From an uncultured Candidatus Saccharibacteria bacterium (GTDB lineage Bacteria; Patescibacteriota; Minisyncoccia; Phycocordibacterales; SW-6-46-9), in assembly GCA_964534365.1 (NCBI GenBank), contig CAZHOI010000002.1, positions 8,138 through 72,137 on the forward strand: a DNA stretch of 64,000 bases, given 5' to 3'. Of the stretch, positions 21,539 to 30,685 are shown one piece after another; the stretch's first letter is position 1; the number at the start of each line of letters is the position of its first letter. The translations under genes were made by a program, and so were the position numbers. A model generated the notes under the pieces. It was not told the origin of the DNA. It did not search any database and saw only the letters and a program-made list of their open reading frames with translations.

Positions 21539-22390
21539 TTATTTAACGTAAATTCCCCCACTGGCGTCAATTACTACAAACTGATGATTGCCACTGGGAC
21601 GATCGGCGGTGTCAATTATGATCTCTACCCTTTCAACCTCGAAAATGTCTTCTCGATTGTTTATTAGGATCAAATCATCAGTACTTGAATTAAAATTATT
21701 GATATACTCTGGATCATTACTATAACCGCAGTTTTTAGCAGCAGATATTCTAGGCTGTAATAAAGGTCTAGAGTAAATTATAGACGGATTAAAGCTCGGT
21801 GTATCAGGCTCGATACAAAAGTCGGAATCCCCAATGTAGATTGGCGGCGTTGCACCGTGATAATCGTCTGAACAAAAGGTTGGATTAGATCCTTCACCAA
21901 AAAAACATACTTGCTTAACGACAAGAGGGCTATTCAATTTAATTGGGAAGATTCCATCTTGTTCGGACGAATCCGTATAATAACCATCTTCAATACTGTC
22001 GACAAATTGCACAAATTTAGCGTCGTGTTTGTTGGTTAAATCTAAGTATATACCACGATCATAATCACTATCTGCAGTTGTGACTAGCACATCAGTAGCT
22101 TGTGATTGCTGTTCGCGGAATAAAATAGCCAGTTCATGCGCGGCATTTTTCAGCCTGACACTCTTGTTGAAATCCTGCTGTGACACCACAATCACCCCGC
22201 CCAGCATGGCCATAATTGCGATTGACACCATTAACTCAACTACTGTGAATCCAGCCGATTCCGATTGGATATTTATCTCATTAGTTGAATGAAGGTATTT
22301 GGCTAGCCATTTAATCATATTATTTAATTTATTCATTGAACGCGGCGACACCAAGTTTATTAATCTCTTCGAATGGGACCCGGTATTCAA
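21539..22390 (-). CDS. Type IV pilin-like protein (minor pilin); true start probably an internal Met
   Basis: ...SAG|FTVVELMVSIAIMAMLGG; the ORF's 5' end overlaps the pilB 3' end. Confidence 0.7.
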   Translation of the reverse strand: MNTGSHSKRLINLVSPRSMNKLNNMIKWLAKYLHSTNEINIQSESAGFTVVELMVSIAIMAMLGGVIVVSQQDFNKSVRLKNAAHELAILFREQQSQATDVLVTTADSDYDRGIYLDLTNKHDAKFVQFVDSIEDGYYTDSSEQDGIFPIKLNSPLVVKQVCFFGEGSNPTFCSDDYHGATPPIYIGDSDFCIEPDTPSFNPSIIYSRPLLQPRISAAKNCGYSNDPEYINNFNSSTDDLILINNREDIFEVERVEIIIDTADRPSGNHQFVVIDASGGIYVK

Positions 22391-24068
22391 ACGCTTTTAA
22401 AATAGCGTCTTCGCGCATGGTTAACATCCCGTCGCGTCGGGCCGCATCATAGATCTCGCCCTCGTTCGGGTCTTTTAATAAGATCTCATCAATTTCGCGC
22501 GTCATACGCATTACTTCAAATACCGCTTGACGACCAGATGTGCCTTTGGGACAACGGGCGGTTGGTTCTATCCCAAGCACAAATTCAGGGTAGGTAATAT
22601 GACTACGATATTCTGGCGCCAGATCTTCGAATTCGCTATCAATAATTTTTTTGACTGATCCCTCAATCGGAATTTTACGCCCGGTACCTTTACAAATTTT
22701 TTGAATCAACCGCTGACCGATTGCCAATTTCAAAGTTGGTGCGATTAAATATGGGTCGACCCCCATGTCTACCAGTCGAGGGATTACGCCGGTTGCGGAA
22801 TTGGTGTGAATAGTAGACAGCACTAGGTGGCCAGTTAGAGCCGCCTGGACCGCTAGTTGCGCAGTTTCCTTGTCGCGAATCTCACCCACCATAATAATGT
22901 CGGGGTCTTGACGTAAAACGGTACGTAATCCCGAGGCAAAGGTATAGCCAATATCGCCATTAACGGCTGACTGCGAAACGCCAGGAATTTGATATTCGAC
23001 TGGGTCTTCTAGCGACAGGACGTTCTTGGTCTTGCGATCAACTTGTTCCAGCATGGTGTATAACGTAGTTGATTTACCTGATCCAGTCGGTCCCGAAATC
23101 AGAATTAATCCATAAGGTTCATCAATTGCATTTTTAATCAACTCCAGATTGCGCTGTGACAATCCCAGAGAAGTTAAATCGCTGACATTACGACTAGATT
23201 CTAATAATCGCATTACAATTTTTTCACCAAATGATGTGGGGAATGTCGAGACCCGAAAATCAATTTTATGACCATCAATATGGGCACTGAAACGACCATC
23301 TTGTGGTTTACGTTTTTCGTCAATTCGCAGATTTGCCAGAATCTTTACCCGGGCAACAACAGCGGCATGAGTAGCTGCCGGCAGAGCCAAACTTTGTTTA
23401 AGAGCACCATCAACTCGAAAACGAACCTTGGTTTCGGTTTCGTAGGGCTCGATATGAATATCAGAAGCATGATCTTCTTTGGCATGACGAATAATGGTAG
23501 CTACAATTTTAGTAACGGGGGCAGCATTAGCATCCGGTTCACTGTCAACTGCATTTTCAACTGGTTTATCAGGTTCAAGGATTAACTCGCCCTCTAATTC
23601 AGACAAGGCTGATCCAACTTCGTTAATTAATTGATCAACTGATCCGGTTGCCTGATCAAAATCCAATTTGGTAACTACTAGTATTTTGAACGATAGCCCT
23701 AGGGACGAGGTGATAAAGTCCATGACCTCGCGAGCCCCTTCGCTATGAGGATTAACAAATCCAACTACTAGTTCATGATCTTTTTTATCCAGGGGAATAA
23801 TGCTGTACAGTTCAACTGTTTTGGCTGGAACCATCTTCAAGACTTCTTCTGAGATACTGTTGCCTGTAATCCGCTTACCAGGGAAATTATAGAATTGAGA
23901 TTTTATTTCCAAAACTTGATCCTGGGTAATATTAATTTCATCAAAGGCAATCTCGTAGTAATCGCCCTTTTCTACTTCCGAGCGAACTGTACGGTATTGC
24001 TCGGGGGTCAAAAAACCTTTTTCATTGGCAAAATCTAGGATTGATAGTTGTGTTTCCAGTTCTACCAT
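22329..24068 (-). CDS. pilB: Type IV pilus assembly ATPase PilB (GspE family)
   Basis: N-terminal GSPII_E_N-like domain; Walker A GPTGSGKSTT; Asp/His boxes; C-terminal tetracysteine-like CxxC. Confidence 0.9.
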   Translation of the reverse strand: MVELETQLSILDFANEKGFLTPEQYRTVRSEVEKGDYYEIAFDEINITQDQVLEIKSQFYNFPGKRITGNSISEEVLKMVPAKTVELYSIIPLDKKDHELVVGFVNPHSEGAREVMDFITSSLGLSFKILVVTKLDFDQATGSVDQLINEVGSALSELEGELILEPDKPVENAVDSEPDANAAPVTKIVATIIRHAKEDHASDIHIEPYETETKVRFRVDGALKQSLALPAATHAAVVARVKILANLRIDEKRKPQDGRFSAHIDGHKIDFRVSTFPTSFGEKIVMRLLESSRNVSDLTSLGLSQRNLELIKNAIDEPYGLILISGPTGSGKSTTLYTMLEQVDRKTKNVLSLEDPVEYQIPGVSQSAVNGDIGYTFASGLRTVLRQDPDIIMVGEIRDKETAQLAVQAALTGHLVLSTIHTNSATGVIPRLVDMGVDPYLIAPTLKLAIGQRLIQKICKGTGRKIPIEGSVKKIIDSEFEDLAPEYRSHITYPEFVLGIEPTARCPKGTSGRQAVFEVMRMTREIDEILLKDPNEGEIYDAARRDGMLTMREDAILKAFEYRVPFEEINKLGVAAFNE

Positions 24069-24094
24069 AAATTACTAATTTTTAGTGTCACAAA

Positions 24095-24601
24095 TTAAAA
24101 CGAAGGTACATTCCCATTAAATGCCGGGACCTGATTATTTGAATTTGTTGCGGGTGCAGTTGAGTTTGGCGAATTAGTCGATGCTTGATTGGTTGAAGTC
24201 TGATTAGTCGCTTGTGTTGGGCTAGATTGTGGTACAAATGTGTTATTAGTTGGAATCGTGGTGTTTCGCTGCTCGATAATAACACGAGCATCAATTGGTG
24301 AAAAAGGATTAGAACGACCAGCTTCAATTTCACTTAATTCGACAGTGTTATCTTGCAATTGTTGAAATTCTGGATTATCTAGAACCTGAGCTTGTGATAA
24401 ATCTATTTGTTGCAATTGCTGGATTTGGTTTATAAATAATGTTTCCGACTGGGCCAGGTTTTGATCTATTGGCAAACCAGAGTCAACTACCAATTCGGAA
24501 TCTGTACGCGAAAAGGTATCGCCTATTGATGGCATTAGTACAATTAAGATGACAATAACAATTGCAACTGCACCGATTATAATTAAGTGTTTCTTTTTCA
24601 T
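24095..24601 (-). CDS. Bitopic pilus-assembly accessory protein (PilP-like?), Gln/Asn/Thr-rich tail
   Basis: N-terminal TM; GRSNPF motif; position between pilO and pilB. Confidence 0.4.
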   Translation of the reverse strand: MKKKHLIIIGAVAIVIVILIVLMPSIGDTFSRTDSELVVDSGLPIDQNLAQSETLFINQIQQLQQIDLSQAQVLDNPEFQQLQDNTVELSEIEAGRSNPFSPIDARVIIEQRNTTIPTNNTFVPQSSPTQATNQTSTNQASTNSPNSTAPATNSNNQVPAFNGNVPSF

Positions 24602-24614
24602 AACGTTTTATAGC

Positions 24615-25241
24615 TTAAGTTCCTAGCCAATAAGTTCGTAATACTACTTGGTAGTTGTTCAAATTGGTACCAGATTCGCTGTTTGCGTTTTCTGAATTGT
24701 CTACAGTCACAGATTGAATGTCAGTTAAGCGTAAATTATTTTCGAGACGGGTTAGAAAATTTTTAAATTCGTCATAGTTCCCGGTAGCTGACAAGGTCAT
24801 ATCTACTGAGGAATAATCAGCTCCTGACTGGATTGAAGAGGTGTCGTCGCCTGTGTCTTCGGAATTCTCACTATCAGAACTTTCGTTACTGGTGGTTGTG
24901 TCAGCAAAAGAGAATTCTTCGATTTCTATCCCGGTTGTATCAGCAATTGAAGACACTTCGATCGTTAGTCGAACTGTATCAATATTTCGCGGTAGAAACT
25001 TCTCGAGCCGATCTCTTTTTTGTGCATCAATTGATTCTAGCTGCTCTTGCAAATCATTTCTAAGTTCGGCTAATTCATCAGCTTGCTGGAGGGCGGTTTC
25101 ATAAGACTCGGCTTCGGCCTTTAGAGTTTGATAAACCTGGTACTCTGAGCGAGTATAAGACAGAGTCAAACCAATGGCTACAATTATTAAAACAATTGAA
25201 AGTATAAATTTATTCATAGATATTAATATTAACAGCTGCAA
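24615..25241 (-). CDS. pilO: PilO-like pilus assembly protein (TM plus coiled coil)
   Basis: N-terminal TM; coiled-coil region; synteny pilN-pilO. Confidence 0.55.
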   Translation of the reverse strand: MQLLILISMNKFILSIVLIIVAIGLTLSYTRSEYQVYQTLKAEAESYETALQQADELAELRNDLQEQLESIDAQKRDRLEKFLPRNIDTVRLTIEVSSIADTTGIEIEEFSFADTTTSNESSDSENSEDTGDDTSSIQSGADYSSVDMTLSATGNYDEFKNFLTRLENNLRLTDIQSVTVDNSENANSESGTNLNNYQVVLRTYWLGT

Positions 25242-25851
25242 CCGATTCGGGATTGTCCAATTGATTTTCTGATTGATCTAATAGGGCTAAATCAATTAGA
25301 AATGAATACTCAAAAGATATAAAATCTTCTTCGTTTCGATTAAATTCAGTAAAAATTGGATTGGAAATAAATGAGCTTTTAGTAAATTCGTCTGATTGCA
25401 AAGCTAAAGCCTCAAAATTATACGCTTCACCCTCGCCTGACACTTTAATAGTATTATTGTTGTCGTATCCTACCTGGGCGGTTTTTAACTGTACCGTAGT
25501 TAGAACATATGATTCGATTTCTTCAAATACCGGACTTATTTCCTGGTGTTGATTTAATAGCTGATTCACCGCCGCCAACCTTTTATCAAATCGATTTAGT
25601 TCAGCAATTTCTTCAGGAGCGTAAGTTTGTTTAGCATCACTTAACCTCGCTTGACGTTCGGCCAATTCGTCGGTGGCCAGATTTTTAAACAGAAATGAAA
25701 ACAAGGCTCCAGCAACCGCTAGTACAAAGATTACTGATGCAACAAATAAAGCGGCATTCAAATAAGCGCGAATTCGGTCAATATTACGCCGAGCGCTTTT
25801 TTTCTCATCTTGCTTTGGGATAAAGCTAGGAGTTTTTGGTTCAGAGCTCAT
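25210..25851 (-). CDS. pilN: PilN-like pilus assembly protein
   Basis: Short cytoplasmic N-terminus, single TM, periplasmic coiled coil; synteny. Confidence 0.55.
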   Translation of the reverse strand: MSSEPKTPSFIPKQDEKKSARRNIDRIRAYLNAALFVASVIFVLAVAGALFSFLFKNLATDELAERQARLSDAKQTYAPEEIAELNRFDKRLAAVNQLLNQHQEISPVFEEIESYVLTTVQLKTAQVGYDNNNTIKVSGEGEAYNFEALALQSDEFTKSSFISNPIFTEFNRNEEDFISFEYSFLIDLALLDQSENQLDNPESVAAVNINIYE

Positions 25852-25926
25852 GAGTCTAGCAATATCATACCACGCACATGTAAAACTAAATTACGGTTGT
25901 TAACAAGTTAAATATTTTGATACTGC

Positions 25927-26727
25927 CTATAGCAAGAAAAGGTTAAAATTATCCAACAAATCTAGTTTGGGAATACTGACAATTATATACCCGGTAATTA
26001 AGTATGGCCCAAATGGCACCGCTGACTTCATTCCCAACTGTTTGCCAGAAGACTGATTCGGCATAAGTTTCTGCCCCGCTAGAATAATTAGCGACACTGC
26101 AGCCCCAATCCAAAAAGCTAGTAATACCGCCGTCGCACCAGCCGATAGACCCAATAACCAGCCGATTGATAGTGATAGTGTCCCATCAGCAAATCCCATT
26201 CCTCGACCTTTGGTAATTGCCCATAATAACCAGAAAAATCCGGCTAAAATTGGTCCGGCTAGTAATTCCAAAACGGTTGGATAGGTTGGCAATAAATGGA
26301 TAGGATCAAAAAACAATAATAGAAAAGAAATAAGGATTAAAGGAAGAGATAGTTCGTGCGGAATAATAAATTGATCCAAATCAATTAATGCAATCATGAT
26401 CATTATCAACGCTATTATTGAACTTACGACAAATCCAGACCAGCTGGCAGCACTTAGCCAGATAGCAACTAATATTGCCGCTGTAGCGACCTCAACCAAG
26501 GGATAACGCGGTGATAATCGACTGTGACACGCCGAACATTTCCCCTGCTGCCATAACCACGACAATACAGGGATTAAATTTTTTGCCCGCAGGGTTTGTC
26601 CGCAGGTAAAACATTTAGATCGTCTGGCATTCTGCCGACTAGTCCCCCACCGCCCTGCGGTAGCATTTAAATACGACCCTACGATTAATCCAAATATTCC
26701 TATAAAAATAATTACCAGTAAGTCCAT
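25927..26727 (-). CDS. pilD: Prepilin peptidase/N-methyltransferase (A24 family)
   Basis: N-terminal TM; Zn-binding CFTCGQ...CSACHS motif; polytopic C-terminal domain. Confidence 0.85.
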   Translation of the reverse strand: MDLLVIIFIGIFGLIVGSYLNATAGRWGTSRQNARRSKCFTCGQTLRAKNLIPVLSWLWQQGKCSACHSRLSPRYPLVEVATAAILVAIWLSAASWSGFVVSSIIALIMIMIALIDLDQFIIPHELSLPLILISFLLLFFDPIHLLPTYPTVLELLAGPILAGFFWLLWAITKGRGMGFADGTLSLSIGWLLGLSAGATAVLLAFWIGAAVSLIILAGQKLMPNQSSGKQLGMKSAVPFGPYLITGYIIVSIPKLDLLDNFNLFLL

Positions 26728-26756
26728 TAATCCAACTTAACAGAAATACGGCAGCC

Positions 26757-26780
26757 CTAGGGGTGACAGTCACCCAGCGA
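26757..26780. repeat. REP-like palindrome GGGTGACAGTCACCC flanking the 3' end of the RAYT gene
   Basis: Perfect inverted repeat seen in the sequence. Confidence 0.7.
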
Positions 26781-26782
26781 GT

Positions 26783-27358
26783 TTATTTTTTTGAGGTATA
26801 ATTTTTTATATTTTCCTTCTCTGTTGTAGTCAGATTTCTGTTCAAATCTTCCAAATATGTAGTCGGTAGATCAATCGGTAAGTCATTGTCAACAATTTTG
26901 TATCTGGCAAATCTGCGATTATGCGCACTCCCCCATTTCCAATCTTCTGCCTTATCTACTAAATTTGCCCTTTTTGCATTTCGTTCAATATAGCGAAGTA
27001 GATTGTAAAAATACTTATCGTCTCTAATATGAAAAGATTTATAACGACCTTGGTATAAATGACCAAATCCCACTTGACTATACTTAGATTTAAACCTTTT
27101 AACGTGAGTATTGGTTAGTCGGCGCATAAAATTACCTAATTCACCATTAATTTGTGGTGACACTAAAAGGTGCCAATGATTAGGCATTACGCAAAAACCC
27201 AAGACTTTGACATTGAACAAATCTTTGGTTTCATCAATTAATAATAGAAATTCTTGATAATCATTATTATCTTTAAAAATTTTAATCTTGTTATTTGATC
27301 GATTTAATACATGATAATACTCGCCTGCAATATCTGTTCTAGGTAAGCGGCCCATCAA
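26783..27358 (-). mobile_element. IS200/IS605-type HUH Y1 transposase, REP-associated tyrosine transposase (RAYT)-like
   Basis: HUH motif VMPNHWHLLV; conserved N-terminal YHVLNRSNN; C-terminal catalytic Tyr region; flanked on both sides by REP palindromes. Confidence 0.8.
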
Positions 27359-27380
27359 TCTAATTATACAACATATTTTT

Positions 27381-27426
27381 AATACTGCTGGGTGACTACT
27401 GGGTGACTGTCACCCAGCAGTATTAG
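27381..27426. repeat. Compound REP: AATACTGCTGGGTGAC-TACTGGGTGACT-GTCACCCAGCAGTATT (16-bp perfect arms) at the 5' flank of the RAYT
   Basis: Seen in the sequence. Confidence 0.75.
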
Positions 27427-27779
27427 CAAGTTTCAAAGGTTGAGTTGGGATTGGTGCTAGTGACGCAAATTTGTTGATTACCTGATAACTGGGCGCTTAC
27501 CTGATAATGTTGGTTGGTGCTAGAGCAACTATAGTAATCAAAATTAATCGAAGACACGTAAGCCTCTTGAGCAATTTTTTCACAGACTCGATCATAATTG
27601 CCATTATTAACCTGATGTAACATAGCAATGGCTGGCACAGAGGATATAAAACTAATTAGGCGACTGTCTTCAGCATCCGCAATTGTTTGGACTGAGAAGA
27701 TGCTAAAAATAGCGACTATGCCCAGAATAAACAGCAGGGTCAGTAATTGCAGACTGGAACGAACGCTTTTACGAGTCAT
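27423..27779 (-). CDS. Small secreted Cys-containing protein (possibly a degenerate pilin-like protein)
   Basis: 118 aa; N-terminal hydrophobic helix LQLLTLLFILGIVAIFSIF; four Cys in the C-terminal half. Confidence 0.4.
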   Translation of the reverse strand: MTRKSVRSSLQLLTLLFILGIVAIFSIFSVQTIADAEDSRLISFISSVPAIAMLHQVNNGNYDRVCEKIAQEAYVSSINFDYYSCSSTNQHYQVSAQLSGNQQICVTSTNPNSTFETC

Positions 27780-27886
27780 TTATAGCCAAGTATAACCGAA
27801 GACTTTGACCATCCTTTAACCAGCCGTGGATAAAGTTGTGTGTTCGAAAATTATTATACAATGAACTTAGCAATCCGCTGGGTGAC

Positions 27887-27960
27887 AGTCAATTATTGTG
27901 TCACTTATTGCACTATCACCTATTGCAAAATTGTGGGTGGCTGTCACCCATTGCACCTTT
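27887..27960. repeat. Two degenerate REP copies (GCTGGGTGACAGTC at 27887-27900; GTGGGTGGCTGTCACCCA at 27943-27960) just downstream of pilin gene 2
   Basis: Seen in the sequence. Confidence 0.5.
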
Positions 27961-27964
27961 TGCA

Positions 27965-28459
27965 CTACAAACATTCTGCGACGACCCCAGTACCACCACC
28001 AGTCGCCTCGCCGGTTCCCCGATACCCTGATGAATCCGCACACCAATTTTGAGATATCCCATTTTCATCTAAATATTCTACAGATACTGCATACGAGCCT
28101 CCGTCCTCCCCTACTGCACATGTGGCCTCAATCCCTTCTGATTCTGCACCTAAAACAATTTCAGATACATTATATTCATTAGCTGTATCTGAGTTGAAGA
28201 TACTTATAGTATCACCAGTAGAATGGTCGCAAACCAATGGATCAGCAGCAACAGCTGTTCCAAACCCGCTGTTTTGACCGCGGTAAAATTCACTCTGACC
28301 AGTTAAGTTAGCTAATGATGCCTTAACTGCGGCTTCTGAACCACTACTCCTGGCATCGCCGAGTGACCCCAATACAATGCTACCAATAATTCCGATGATG
28401 GCAATTACTACCAATAATTCTAGCAAAGTAAACCCTTTTTTGTATATATCAACCTTCAT
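27965..28459 (-). CDS. pilA: Type IV major pilin (PilA-like), second tandem copy
   Basis: MKVDIYKKG|FTLLELLVVIAIIGIIGSIV: canonical prepilin leader, Glu5 and hydrophobic helix. Confidence 0.85.
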   Translation of the reverse strand: MKVDIYKKGFTLLELLVVIAIIGIIGSIVLGSLGDARSSGSEAAVKASLANLTGQSEFYRGQNSGFGTAVAADPLVCDHSTGDTISIFNSDTANEYNVSEIVLGAESEGIEATCAVGEDGGSYAVSVEYLDENGISQNWCADSSGYRGTGEATGGGTGVVAECL

Positions 28460-28477
28460 TATTTATTAAGTATACAA

Positions 28478-28501
28478 CAAAAAAACCACTGAAAGTGGTT
28501 T
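28478..28501 (-). terminator. Intrinsic terminator between the two tandem pilin genes (AACCACTTTCAGTGGTT plus U-run on the minus strand)
   Basis: 7-bp stem with T-run immediately after the first pilin stop. Confidence 0.6.
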
Positions 28502-28519
28502 AAATGTAATTACTATGAA

Positions 28520-28972
28520 TTAGATTGTACAGTCTGCGTCACCAGATCCAATTCCAACAGCAGCTTGTTCGCCTCCGTAACCTGATGAGTCAATACAGTA
28601 GAAATCACCGCCCAATAATGGAGAAGATATGGCATACCCAGTACCTGTTGAAACACATGTAGCGGTTCCACCACCGTTTTGTGAATTAACTTGAGTTATC
28701 GCATTATTAAAAGCGTCAGTAGCAAACATGTCGGTATTACAACCAACACCCGCAGCTCCGTAAGTATTATCACCCACACCACTATAGTATAGCTCTGCCT
28801 GAGCTCGCATGTTGTTTAGAGATGATTGAACAGATGCATCTGAACCAGAGGTTCGAGCTGAGTTCAATGAAGCCAGAACAACAGAGGCCAAGATTCCGAT
28901 GATGGCAATTACTACCAACAGCTCGATCAAGGTGAATCCCTTGTCCTTAGCTTTAAAGTTAAGAGTTTTCAT
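28520..28972 (-). CDS. pilA: Type IV major pilin (PilA-like), first and promoter-proximal copy, with C-terminal disulfide loop
   Basis: MKTLNFKAKDKG|FTLIELLVVIAIIGILASVV; C-terminal Cys pairs. Confidence 0.88.
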   Translation of the reverse strand: MKTLNFKAKDKGFTLIELLVVIAIIGILASVVLASLNSARTSGSDASVQSSLNNMRAQAELYYSGVGDNTYGAAGVGCNTDMFATDAFNNAITQVNSQNGGGTATCVSTGTGYAISSPLLGGDFYCIDSSGYGGEQAAVGIGSGDADCTI

Positions 28973-28994
28973 TTAATTAATTAATTATATTTTT

Positions 28995-29035
28995 AATATT
29001 GAAGTGCATTTAACACTATCAATTCGAATTGATCA
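28995..29035 (-). promoter_or_regulatory. Candidate sigma70-type pilin promoter (TTGATA-18 nt-TATTAA; -10 about 20 nt from the ATG) overlapped by a perfect 14-bp palindrome TCAATTCGAATTGA (29019-29032)
   Basis: Read on the minus strand upstream of pilA at 28972. Confidence 0.4.
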
Positions 29036-29106
29036 TGTTTAATGATCTGATATTAAGTATACGGGGTTTATAAACATGTCCAGAACTCGACTGTGTATAA
29101 CATTGC

Positions 29107-29148
29107 GTAGCACGTAGCACGTAGCACGTAGCACGTAGCACGTAGCAC
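29107..29148. repeat. Heptanucleotide tandem repeat (GTAGCAC)x6, about 135-175 bp upstream of the major pilin start
   Basis: Six perfect copies seen in the sequence. Confidence 0.9.
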
Positions 29149-29479
29149 TATAAACAATAGTTCAAACCGATAAATTAACGACAAATAGTTGGTAGCATTT
29201 AATTCCAGATTGATGAAGTGATAAATTTTGGCAAGAGGCTGCTGAAATATGAGGCATCTAGAAATTTGTGCCGGAGCCTTGTATTAATAAGGTGAACAAA
29301 CAAATTACTGATAAAAATGACAATATTTATACCAGATTGATGAAGTTCTTGATAGCGAGCTAATGTAAGGATAGGAGATTTGGATAAAATGCGCGGCGCT
29401 AGGTTTTTTGGACTAGAGCGGTATTCATTTATACCGCGATATAACAAAAAACTGCAGTAACAAAGCAGTTTGCCAAATC

Positions 29480-30682
29480 TTAAATGCCGGTGGAGATGTT
29501 GTAAATTGGGAACAATACCGCCGCCAACAACGTCCCTACCCCGATTCCTAAAAATACTATCATCGCTGGTTCGATCAAATCAACCAACGAATCCACCGCC
29601 CGGGTTACCTCGTCTTTGTAGTATTTCGACAAAGTACCCAGAATAGTGCCGATTTTACCACTTTCTTCGCCAACACGGATCATTTGAACCAATACCCCTG
29701 GGATATAATCCGGGTAATTTGACAATGCATCTGAGAGCGACTTCCCAGACCTGACTTCTTCGATTGAATCAGAAATTATACCAGCATAAACTTTATTGCC
29801 GATGACTTCTCGGGAAGTTTCCAAGGCATGAAGCATCGAGATACCAGATGAGAGCATGGTATGCATATTATCAGCAAACCGCGCCAGATAAATTTTACGA
29901 TATAGATTGCCGACAAAAGGAGTATGTAGGGCAAATACCGTTAGACGCTCGCGGTTAGTCGGTTGACGCAAAAAGTAAATTAATCCAGCGACAGCAAGTA
30001 TTAGCAGCGTCAGCAGAATAAAACCATAATTGACTAGAAAGGCACTGGTTCCTAATACAATTTTAGTATAAACCGGCAAATCCTGACCTGATTCAGTCAA
30101 AATTACCCCAATTTTAGGAATAATGTAGGTCAGCATCAAAATCATTACGATAAAGAAGGTAAAGACCACAAATACCGGGTAAGTTAAAGCGCTTCGAGCC
30201 TTGCTGGCCAGTTCATAATTGCGCTCGAGGTATTCGGCCAGGTATTGAAAGGTTTGTGGCAGACGACCAGTCTCTTCGCCCGAGGCGATCATATTGACAT
30301 AAAATTTGGAAAATACTTTAGGGTGTTTAGCCAGACTGACCGAGAGTTGCTGGCCGGCTTCCAGATCAGCGACAATTTCTTCAAGGATTTCTTTGAGGCG
30401 AGGATTGTCAACTTCTTCGGACAATAACGAGAAAATTCGCAGGGTTGAAATATTGGCGTTAAACAGTGTGGCCAGCTGTCGCGATAATAGTACGACGTCT
30501 TTGGTTTGAACGCGGTTTATTATATTAAATTCCAGCTCGCCCAGGGATTTTTTTTCTGTGATTTTAGAGACTACTAAACCAGATCCACGCAGAGCACGCA
30601 ATGCTGCCTCGCGGTCATCAGCTTCGTAGACCCCTTTTGTAGGAGCGCCGTCAGCAGTAGTAGCAATGTATTCAAATTTCAT
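29480..30682 (-). CDS. pilC: Type IV pilus assembly platform protein PilC (GspF family)
   Basis: Two GspF repeats, three TM segments; typical length and synteny. Confidence 0.9.
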   Translation of the reverse strand: MKFEYIATTADGAPTKGVYEADDREAALRALRGSGLVVSKITEKKSLGELEFNIINRVQTKDVVLLSRQLATLFNANISTLRIFSLLSEEVDNPRLKEILEEIVADLEAGQQLSVSLAKHPKVFSKFYVNMIASGEETGRLPQTFQYLAEYLERNYELASKARSALTYPVFVVFTFFIVMILMLTYIIPKIGVILTESGQDLPVYTKIVLGTSAFLVNYGFILLTLLILAVAGLIYFLRQPTNRERLTVFALHTPFVGNLYRKIYLARFADNMHTMLSSGISMLHALETSREVIGNKVYAGIISDSIEEVRSGKSLSDALSNYPDYIPGVLVQMIRVGEESGKIGTILGTLSKYYKDEVTRAVDSLVDLIEPAMIVFLGIGVGTLLAAVLFPIYNISTGI

Positions 30683-30685
30683 AAA

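Noticed and set aside
27836-28182. Three overlapping plus-strand ORFs (64-94 aa)
   Set aside because: They are antisense to the pilin gene and run across the REP palindromes. These are His/Pro-rich translations typical of out-of-frame reads.
29199-29447. 82-aa minus-strand ORF between pilC and the pilin promoter
   Set aside because: It lies in the AT-rich promoter/SSR region, has low-complexity sequence and shows no signal or domain. Most likely it is non-coding regulatory DNA.
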